A stretch of 64,000 nt of DNA, from NCBI GenBank assembly GCA_002327925.1, contig DCVA01000043.1, positions 5,948 through 69,947 of the forward strand, in the 5' to 3' direction. Shown one piece after another: positions 55,157-63,500 of the stretch. The notes beneath the pieces are model-generated. The model did not search any database, was not told where the DNA came from, and saw only the letters and a list, made by a program, of their open reading frames with translations. This DNA comes from Anaerolineales bacterium UBA2200 (GTDB lineage: Bacteria > Chloroflexota > Anaerolineae > UBA2200). The stretch's first letter is position 1, and the number at the start of each line of letters is the position of its first letter. Made by a program: the position numbers and the translations under genes.

Positions 55157-56128
55157 TTGCCGTCTAAAGTAATCCCCTTGGCCCAGGCGGCCGCCCTGGT
55201 ACCAGATGGCGCCACCCTCTCTCTTGGCGGCTTTACCACTCAGCGTCACCCGATGGCTTTTGTCTACGAACTGATCAGGCTCAGGCGACGCAATCTCTAC
55301 CTGTTTGGGCACTCTCCGGGCGGCGACTGGGACATCTTGATCGGTGCCGGCTGCGTGAAGCGTGTGGAACTGGCCTATGAGGCAGACGAGGCTTTTGCCA
55401 CCATAGGCCCGCGCTGGCGACTCGCTGCGGAGCGCGGGCAAATCGAGTGGGAGGACTATTCCAACTTTTCGATGGTGGCAAGGTTCACGGCAGGAGCTAT
55501 GGGTATTCCCTTCATGCCTCTGCGTAGTCTGCTGGGCAGCGATGTGCTGGCGCGGGGGGGTCTGAGCGCAGAGGCTCGTGCTGCCGATCCCCGAACGTCG
55601 GCACTCAAGCTCTTTGAGATGCAGTCTCCCTTTGACCCCCGCGACCGGGTGGTGCTGGTTCCTGCCATACACACAGACTTTGCCATACTTCATGTGCAGA
55701 AGGCGACGGCAAACGGAATCGTGCGCATCGAGGGGCAAACGTTCGCAGATGTCCAGCAGGCCCTCTGTGCCGAAACAGTGATCGTCACTTGCGAGGAGAT
55801 TGTGGCTGAGGAATCACTGCGCAGCGAGCCGGAACGGAACCTGATCCCGATGTTCGCTGTGCACTATGTGTGCCCCGTACCGTGGGGCGCGCACCCCTAT
55901 GCCGTGTTCAACTGCTACGACTATGACCCCCGCCAACTGAAGAGGTACCATGGGTGTGCGGAAAGCGATGCGGGTTTTCAGACCTATCTTGATCAGTACG
56001 TACTTGGCGTCAAGACCCATGTCGAGTACTTGAACGCGATTGGGGGCGCTGAGCGCCTGGAATCGCTCGCGGCGGACCCGGCCTATGGCTATCGCCCCGA
56101 CCTGCAGCGGAGGAGGTTGGACGAATGA
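55157..56128 (+). CDS. Family I CoA-transferase subunit A (glutaconate CoA-transferase GctA-like)
   Basis: LGGFTTQRHPMAFV.ELIR, RF.AGAMGIPFMP, D.AILHVQKA..NG and PWGAHP. Confidence 0.9.
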   Translation: MPSKVIPLAQAAALVPDGATLSLGGFTTQRHPMAFVYELIRLRRRNLYLFGHSPGGDWDILIGAGCVKRVELAYEADEAFATIGPRWRLAAERGQIEWEDYSNFSMVARFTAGAMGIPFMPLRSLLGSDVLARGGLSAEARAADPRTSALKLFEMQSPFDPRDRVVLVPAIHTDFAILHVQKATANGIVRIEGQTFADVQQALCAETVIVTCEEIVAEESLRSEPERNLIPMFAVHYVCPVPWGAHPYAVFNCYDYDPRQLKRYHGCAESDAGFQTYLDQYVLGVKTHVEYLNAIGGAERLESLAADPAYGYRPDLQRRRLDE

Positions 56129-56889
56129 GCGACTACACATTGACTGAGCTCATGGCAGTGACAGCTGCCCATGAGATTCAGGAGGGTGAGGTGGTGTTCG
56201 CCGGCACAGGTCTGCCGATGCTGGGCGCCATGCTGGCGCAGAGAACTCACGCACCGGGCTGCTGTATCATCTTTGAGGCGGGGACAGTGGCGAGCCAACT
56301 TGCGCACCTGCCCATGTCGGTCGGTGATCCGCGGGCGATGCGAGGAGCAGCCACGGCAGCCGGACTGAGTGAGGTATTTTCGTACGTACTGCAGGCCGGG
56401 CGCGTGGATGTGGGCTTTCTCAGCGGCGCCCAGATCGACCGGTATGGCAACATCAACAGCACCTCCATCGGGTTGGACCCGGGTCACCCTCAGGTTCGCT
56501 TCTCCGGGAGCGGTGGCGCCTGCGATATTGCCTGCCTGGCCAGGCGAACCGTGATCATTGCACTTCACGAGAAGAGGCGCTTTCCGGACAAGATCCACTA
56601 TGTGACCAGCCCCGGATGGCTGGAAGGGGGAGAAAGCCGCGAGAGGGCGGGGTTGGTTCGTGGCGGTCCGGATGTGGTGGTAACGACCAAAGGAGTGATG
56701 CGCTTTCGCCCTGATACCAAGGCGATGTACCTGGCCAGCTACCATCCCGGCCTGACTGCCCTTGACGTGGCGCAGGACACGGGTTTTCCACTCGATGTGA
56801 GTGAGGCGGTACAGACGCCTTCCCCGGATCCCCAGGAGCTGCGCATTTTACGCGAGGTGGTGGATCCTGAGAGGGTGTTCCGCAAGTAG
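56125..56889 (+). CDS. Family I CoA-transferase subunit B (GctB-like)
   Basis: VFAGTGLP, IFEAG (catalytic Glu position), VGFLSGAQIDRYGNIN, GSGGACD and YVTSPG. Confidence 0.9.
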   Translation: MSDYTLTELMAVTAAHEIQEGEVVFAGTGLPMLGAMLAQRTHAPGCCIIFEAGTVASQLAHLPMSVGDPRAMRGAATAAGLSEVFSYVLQAGRVDVGFLSGAQIDRYGNINSTSIGLDPGHPQVRFSGSGGACDIACLARRTVIIALHEKRRFPDKIHYVTSPGWLEGGESRERAGLVRGGPDVVVTTKGVMRFRPDTKAMYLASYHPGLTALDVAQDTGFPLDVSEAVQTPSPDPQELRILREVVDPERVFRK

Positions 56890-56915
56890 GTGAGTTTGCA
56901 CTCGCTCTGGCTGAT

Positions 56916-57311
56916 CTAGGCGGCCCACATGGTTTGAATGTGGCGTATCGCCTGTGTGCTGGTGCGGCGGTATCGCGCACCATCCGCCACCAGCAGCGCC
57001 AGGATCAGCTCCTCCTGATCAACGTGAAAGAAGCGGCAAACGAGCCGGGAGCGATTCCGGTCGTAGAGGCTCACTTCGTCAAGCTCCCCCATGCCCAGTT
57101 CTGAGCGCGCGTCCTTGCTGACCTTGCGCAGCATCGCCACCATAGCCGCAGTGAGCTGCGCATCGAGCGAGGAGGGTGACGTGGCGATGGGGAGGCCATC
57201 GCTGGTAGCCAGAATGGCAGCCTGAAACGAACCCTGACGACTGAGCTCAGTAAGCACCTCTTCGAACCGGGTCGGGGCTGGCGTCTGCGCGGTGCTGTGC
57301 TCTGGTTGCAT
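56916..57311 (-). CDS. Roadblock/LC7 domain protein
   Basis: F..VL..L...G.FQAAILATSDGLPIA and AAMVA, consistent with the roadblock topology. Confidence 0.85.
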   Translation of the reverse strand: MQPEHSTAQTPAPTRFEEVLTELSRQGSFQAAILATSDGLPIATSPSSLDAQLTAAMVAMLRKVSKDARSELGMGELDEVSLYDRNRSRLVCRFFHVDQEELILALLVADGARYRRTSTQAIRHIQTMWAA

Positions 57312-57378
57312 GGCTTGTATGCCTCCATTCTGACTCGTTTGTCTCGGCATGGTGTTTCCTGGTCGATTGGCTCGTTAG

Positions 57379-57861
57379 CTAGCGTCCGAATGTCTTGAGA
57401 AAACCATTAAGGCCCCGCGCCTTGGCCGGAGTCGTCTCTTCCGAAGTCGGGGCAGCCTGTGGCTGGGGAGGTTCGGGTCTGAATGCAGGTACTGTCGGCA
57501 CCTCAGGACGGTTCTTCAGTGCGGCCTGAAGCTTGGGAATGGCGACGTCGGCTGTGAGGTTGAGCAACGGGATGCTAATGCGCGGCTCGCAGACGATGCA
57601 CAGGCATCCCCCCTGGAGCGGCTTGAGGATGACTCTGCCTCCGGTGTAGACGAGGTCGACATCGACCTTCTTGCGCTTGGATGCACGCAGGCCTGCAATA
57701 GCCTGCGCTGCGGTGTGCCCGACGACAGACAACGCATGATCGCGGGGCAGGGTGCGCAGAGAGTGCGCCAGTATGTCGCCCGTCTCATCGCAGACAAAGC
57801 AGCCATTCACTCCTACCACGTTGCTGATAGTCCGCAGGACGTCTTCCATATCCCACCCCAT
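57379..57861 (-). CDS. Roadblock/LC7 (MglC-like) protein with a Pro-rich linker and amphipathic tail
   Basis: L..I..VVGVNGCFVCDETG.ILA, DLVYTGGRVIL and NL..D (MglC-like). C-terminal GLNGFLKTFGR. Confidence 0.75.
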   Translation of the reverse strand: MGWDMEDVLRTISNVVGVNGCFVCDETGDILAHSLRTLPRDHALSVVGHTAAQAIAGLRASKRKKVDVDLVYTGGRVILKPLQGGCLCIVCEPRISIPLLNLTADVAIPKLQAALKNRPEVPTVPAFRPEPPQPQAAPTSEETTPAKARGLNGFLKTFGR

Positions 57862-57863
57862 TC

Positions 57864-58550
57864 TTATCGAAGGATGCTCGCTATTTTGGCGGCGACCAGA
57901 GCTGGAGAGGCCCTCTCTGCCAGCAGGAGCCCTACATAGAAATCCGGTCTCTCGACAATAAGGAGTCTTGCCTTTGTACCCAATGTCTCCACAACACCGC
58001 GCTCGAATGGGCCTAGGCCGAGACTTTCCCCGATCTGCGAAGCTGCGCTGCCCACAAAGACCGCAACTGCACCCTCCTTCTCAGGATCGGCTGCCATCTC
58101 AGCGGCGATGACGTTACCATCGCGGGCCACGAGAACCACGCCTGTCACGCCGTCGACTGAGCGCAACCTTGCGGCATGGTTATCGGCCTCGGTGGCAGGC
58201 ACGTCGGGCTCCAGGTCTTCTGGGAGTCCGGCAAGCTCAGTGCTTCTCTCATCGACACGCTGCATGCCTTCAAGAAGCAGCGTCGACCAGGGAGTTTGCA
58301 CCGTCTGACGAGGGGCGGGAATGCCCGGCTCCAGCTCAAACTCACCGTCTTCCCAGGCGAGCAGTTCGTGGATCACCTCGTCGCCTTCCATGTCGCCGAG
58401 TGTCATGTGGACGATGTTACCTTCGGCGAAGAAGATGACGGCCTCCTGATCATTGTGCCACACCTCAAGTCGGGCCTGGTTCATCTCGTTGCAGTTCACC
58501 GAAATGAGACTGGCCAGGCTGATATCCTTGAGTTTGCCCCTCACCGCCAT
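57864..58550 (-). CDS. DUF4388 (PatA-N-like) domain fused to a roadblock domain
   Basis: RGKLKDISLASLI, IFFAEGNIVH, LLAWEDGEFE and LLLEGMQRVDE, then LRSVDGVTGVVLVARDG. Confidence 0.85.
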   Translation of the reverse strand: MAVRGKLKDISLASLISVNCNEMNQARLEVWHNDQEAVIFFAEGNIVHMTLGDMEGDEVIHELLAWEDGEFELEPGIPAPRQTVQTPWSTLLLEGMQRVDERSTELAGLPEDLEPDVPATEADNHAARLRSVDGVTGVVLVARDGNVIAAEMAADPEKEGAVAVFVGSAASQIGESLGLGPFERGVVETLGTKARLLIVERPDFYVGLLLAERASPALVAAKIASILR

Positions 58551-58570
58551 CGGGTCACCCTCCATTCGAG

Positions 58571-59146
58571 CTACTGCAGTCTTGACGTGAGTATGCCTAT
58601 GATCGCCTTCAGTGTGTCCAATACGCCGATCCCTTGCGTCGCCACGGCCGGAAAGCACCGTGCCCCGTTGCTTCCCAGAAGACCTCGAAGAGTATCCGGC
58701 GGCAATGCCCCAGGCAGATCCTGCTTGTTGAACTGCACTACCATGGGAAAATCATCCACCCTGTGACCCATCCTGGCAACCAGCTTCTGCAGCTCAATCC
58801 AGGTCCTGAGATTGTCCGGCAAACGGTTACGTTGTGAGTCAACGACCAGTACAATCCCGTCTGCGCCCTGCAATACCAGCTTGCGCGTCGAAGCGTAGTG
58901 GACCTGGCCAGGTACCGTGTAAAGGCTGAACCTCGGCCGCAACCCCCTGATCTCTCCGAGATCCAGCTGCAGGTAGTCAAAGAAAAGAGTTCGGTCCGCG
59001 CGTGTCTTGAGTGAGATCAACTCGCTGCGCATACCCGGATTGGTACGGGCGTGGATGTACTGCAGGTTGGTTGTCTTCCCACTCAGAGCCGAGCCGTAAT
59101 AGACGATCTTGAGATTCAGTTCGTGCTGCCTGGAGTTGATGAACAT
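58571..59146 (-). CDS. mglA: MglA-family small Ras-like GTPase
   Basis: LKIVYYGSALSGKTTNL, RTLFFD, YTVPGQVHY, LVLQGADG, QFNKQDL and AVATQGIGV. Confidence 0.95.
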   Translation of the reverse strand: MFINSRQHELNLKIVYYGSALSGKTTNLQYIHARTNPGMRSELISLKTRADRTLFFDYLQLDLGEIRGLRPRFSLYTVPGQVHYASTRKLVLQGADGIVLVVDSQRNRLPDNLRTWIELQKLVARMGHRVDDFPMVVQFNKQDLPGALPPDTLRGLLGSNGARCFPAVATQGIGVLDTLKAIIGILTSRLQ

Positions 59147-59231
59147 GAATGTTCAGTATGCTAGGGCGACACGGGGCACACGCAGACCAGTGCACCCGCG
59201 TCCCACTCACGACTGCCAGGCAGCTCGACGT

Positions 59232-60200
59232 TCACCTTCGCCCGTTCGTGGGAGTGGCATCGAACAGGCTATCCAATTGCGCTTGGACCTCGGTTGTCAG
59301 GTCGCTACCCAGATCTACCGATTCTGACTCGCCAAACTGTTGGGTGCCCAGCACTGCTGCTGCCCTCTTGGCGAAGATCCATACCGCGCCGGCCTGGCTC
59401 TCGTCTCCGAAAACGGTAGCCAATAGCAGATCCCTGGTGACCTCATAGGTATATATGTGGCAATCGGGACCCTGGTGGTGGCTGGCACGGAAGTCAGAAG
59501 CGTTGCCAAGCTGCTTGGCCAGCTCTGCTGCGGCGGCGAAGGTTGCGGCGATGAGGGCGCCCAGGGTCGGTAGGTGCAGACCAAAAGTCTGACCCACCGA
59601 GTCGACAGGATAGCCGGCCGCGGTTATGAGAAGGACACACCGCGCGCGCGTGTCACTCAAAAGTCGCTCGAGGATGCCATGACCCGTTGACACGGGGATC
59701 GGCGCAGGCACTTCACCTGACCCAATTTGCTGCTCTGCCGAGCGACTGCCGCCTCGAGCGGCGACAGGCAGGACATCCGCATCGCCGGCCACCGAGATGT
59801 CCGGTGCAGCCTTCCCGGTGCGAGGCCTGGTGGCACTAACCACCTCCATCATTGCTCGGACGGTGATCGGTTTGGCGAGATATCCGTCCAGCTTCCATCG
59901 CTGCGCTGTGTCGCGCAGGTCGGTGGCGCTGGAGCGGCCGATCACCAGGACCCTTGCCCCTGGGGAGGTGCTGTGGGCCGCTCTGGCGAACTCTGCGATG
60001 GCCAGTCCCGGCGTCTCCGCGTCGACCAGCAGAAGCGAGAACGTTCCGCGACGCAACATGGACCAGGCGTGTCGCCCGTCACCGGCCCACTCAACCGTGA
60101 AGCCGTTGCCACAGCTCTGAAGAGCTTCCATTACTGCAACTCTGGTCAAGGGTTCGGTATCAACAACCAGTACGGGTTTCGGCTCGTTTCGCTCTGCCAT
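59232..60200 (-). CDS. Response-regulator receiver domain fused to an MglB-like roadblock (GAP) domain
   Basis: N-terminal VLVVD..., LLLVD(AE) and LAKP. C-terminal VLLITAAGYP, LGALIAATFAAAAELAKQLG, HQG, LATVF and G.V. Confidence 0.85.
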   Translation of the reverse strand: MAERNEPKPVLVVDTEPLTRVAVMEALQSCGNGFTVEWAGDGRHAWSMLRRGTFSLLLVDAETPGLAIAEFARAAHSTSPGARVLVIGRSSATDLRDTAQRWKLDGYLAKPITVRAMMEVVSATRPRTGKAAPDISVAGDADVLPVAARGGSRSAEQQIGSGEVPAPIPVSTGHGILERLLSDTRARCVLLITAAGYPVDSVGQTFGLHLPTLGALIAATFAAAAELAKQLGNASDFRASHHQGPDCHIYTYEVTRDLLLATVFGDESQAGAVWIFAKRAAAVLGTQQFGESESVDLGSDLTTEVQAQLDSLFDATPTNGRR

Positions 60201-60374
60201 TAGCCCTCCCTGCATTGCCTTGCGCCTCTCATTAGGCTACACGCGGGTTCTGCCTGACTGCAGAACTGCAATACCGCCGGGACGTACAATCACTGACGCG
60301 CCACGGGCGCAGACGTCACGCCAGAGACCCGCGAAGCACTCCTCAACTGTTAGGACGTAGATCATCGCGTGTGG

Positions 60375-60403
60375 ATTCTATCCCATGAGAAAGTAGCTGT
60401 CAA
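60375..60403 (-). promoter_or_regulatory. Promoter TTGACA-17-TAGAAT for the mgl/roadblock operon
   Basis: The reverse strand reads TTGACA gctactttctcatggga TAGAAT. Confidence 0.75.
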
Positions 60404-60443
60404 GTCACTGATGGGTAGCCGATAGGTAACCTGCTCTAGCGAC

Positions 60444-60472
60444 TTGACCCAGGGCACGAACACGGATATGAT
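60444..60472 (+). promoter_or_regulatory. Divergent promoter TTGACC-17-TATGAT for the hybrid kinase
   Basis: Hexamers 17 nt apart, upstream of ATG 60505. Confidence 0.7.
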
Positions 60473-60504
60473 TGCAAAACAACCTTTGCTCGGACGGGGG
60501 TAAC

Positions 60505-63500
60505 ATGGTGCTCCAGAATGCCTCCTACCTGCTGCTCTTGAGTGCGGTTCTGTCGCTTGGTCTCGCGCTTCTTGCGGCGCGGCGGCGGCCCCTGCTGTCA
60601 ACTCCCGCGCCGATCTCACTCGCTTCTGCTGCCGGGCTCTGGGCGGTGGCGGAATTCCTCTCTCGCACCAGCAGCAGTTTTGAACTCGCCTCGTTCTGGC
60701 TCGCGCTCGGCACTCTCGCGGCTTCGATCGTTCCGGTGGCGGCCGTTACTCTGACGTTGCAGTACATCGGGCGGGGCCGGCTCTTGACCCGCTGGGCGCG
60801 AATGCTCTTGCTGGTTGAGCCGGTGCTCACGGCTGTGGCCGTATGGACCAACGCCTCCACGCGATGGATGTGGATGAGGCTGGAGATGGCTGGGGAGACC
60901 AGTTCGAGTCTGGTCGCCACGCCTGGTGTATGGGGCATGGTGCACGGTGTGTACGGCTATTCACTCTGTGCGGCGGCCACGGTGCTATTCCTGAGCTGGC
61001 TGCTGCGGTCCAAGCGCTCCATCTATGGTTCTCGATTTGTCTTGCTCGTCGCTGCTCTCCTCCCATGGATCGCCAAAGGAGTGACCGCTCTGCGTTTGGA
61101 GCCGCCTGGGGCGGTGGAACTCACGCCGGTTGGGCTCTTTCTCTCGTGCGCACTCCTTTTTCTCGCACAAGCTCGGAGCCGATTGCCGGGGCTACTCGCG
61201 ACTGCCGCTCAGGCCGTGTTCGGCGGGTCATCTGACCTGGTCATCGTGCTCGACTCGTCGGATCGGCTGGCGCATCTCAACCCGGCAGCGGAGCGCGCCA
61301 CGGCTCTGGTCTCCAGGAATGTCTCCGGCCGCGCAATTGCCGATGTCATGCCCGATTCGGACCTTGTACATGCGCTGGCTGGCGGACGTCCGGCGGGAGC
61401 GCCCGTCACGATTGGCAGTGGACCTGCTTCGCGCTCCTACGACTTGCACCTGGTTCCCCTGTATGGTGCCAGCGGTCGGGCGGCTGGCCGGATGCTGATG
61501 CTGCGCGATGCGACGGCGAGAAGACGCACTGATGAGGTCATGGCGGCACTGGCCCGAACGGAGAGGCTATACATGGCGGCGCGCTCCCTCATCACCCCCA
61601 ATCAGCCCCATGAGGTGCTCCAGGTTACCGCAGAGACCGTATCTCGAGCGTTGCCAGCCAGCCGCGTTGAGGTTGTGGCATTCAACAGTGATGTGACGCG
61701 CATCGTTGACTGGGCACAGGCGCCAGCTTCTGCTGCGGGGGAGACAGAGCCAGCCATCGAAGAGACGAAGACCGGTTTGACAGGTTGGGTGATCGAGCGG
61801 AACCAGCCAATTCTGACACTCAAGGGGGTTCCTGATTCGCGGGAGACCACTGAGGAGCAGCGCAGGCGTCTGGAGAATGATACCGGATCGCAGATCATCG
61901 CTCCACTGGCGGTGGACGGACGCGTAGTGGGTCTACTTGTGGCAACTAACCGGCGCAGCGAGCGGGATTTCGCCAGGGCCGATATGCACCTCGTGACCGG
62001 ACTGGCCAATCAGGCTGTCTTTGCCTACGAGCGGGCTTGTGCAGTCTCGTCGCTGGGTGAGCAGCTATCCCTCTACAAGGATGTGGTACGGGACCAGGAT
62101 GAGCTCGTCTGTCGCCGCCAGGCTGACGGAACGATCAGTTTCGCCAATGAGGCATATTGCGCCTTTTATGGCCAACGTGCGGATGAGGTTGTTTCCTGCC
62201 TCTACTACCCATCCACGCCTCCTGAAGAGCAGACGAATTTGCAGGAGGAACTGGCGATGCTGAGTCCGGATAACCCGGAAATCAGCCTAGAATCTCGCGT
62301 GCTGGCGCCGGACGGCTCGGTTCGCTGGATGCGCTCCAGAGTGCGAGGCACGTTCGACGCGCAAGGTTGCCTTGTTTCGAGTCAAGAAGTGTCGACGGAA
62401 GTAACGCATCAGAAGGAAGACGAGAAGACGCTGCGCGAGAGCGAACTCAAACACAGAGTGCTGCTGGACAGCATTGCCAGCCCACTACTGGCGCTTCGCC
62501 CTGATTCGACCATACTGTACTGTAATGACGCATTCGCCGCCATGACCGGACGGTCGGCGTCGGATCTGAGCTCCCAGAACGTGCTGGAGGTCCTGCCGGC
62601 GCTGGCAGAGAGCACGCTATGGGAAACGTTTCGCCGGGCTCAAGAAACGGGCACAGCCGGAGAGGTTGAAGGTGAGTTGGCCGGCCGATTCTGGTATGCC
62701 AGGGTCAACCCGACGCCGTGGGGTGTCCTGGCTGCTGCAGAGGACATTACGGAGCTCGTTCAGGCTCGTGACAAGGCACTCGACGCTTCGCGTCTCAAGT
62801 CCGAATTTCTGGCCACAATGAGTCACGAGGTGCGCACCCCGATGAACGCGATCGTCGGCATGACTGAGCTGCTCCTTGACATGCCTCTGAACCCGGAGCA
62901 GCGTGACTTTGCCCATGTTGTGCTGGAGCAGACGAATAGCCTTCTGCTGATGATCGAAAACATCCTGGACTACTCCAAGATGGAAGCCGGCAGGTTGGAG
63001 TTGGAGCCCAAGGACTTTCAGTTGCTCGAGTTGGTCAGGGGAGTGATTGACCTTCTCGCGCCGATGCTTCGCGACAAAGACGTGCGGATCCTGACGCAGA
63101 TCGCTCCGGAAATCCCTTCATGGCTTCGTGGCGACTCGCTCCGGCTGAAGCAGGTCCTGGTCAACCTGGTCGGCAATGCCTGCAAATTCACGGAAAAGGG
63201 GCAGATCTTTATCCATGCAGCGCTTGAGAGCCAGGGGGCGCAACACGCCACCATTCGTTTCGAGGTAAGCGACACAGGCGTCGGTATTCCGGCTGCCGCG
63301 CTCGGCCGTCTCTTTGAGCCCTTCACTCAGGCAGACAGCTCTTCCACGCGGAAGTACGGTGGAGCAGGACTGGGATTGGCCATATCCAGACGACTCGTTG
63401 AGCTCATGGGCGGCCAGATAGAGTTGACAAGCGAGGTGGGCAAGGGCACAAGCGTGTGGTTCACTGCCACCTTCCAGCCGTCTGCTGCGCCGGATCTGGC

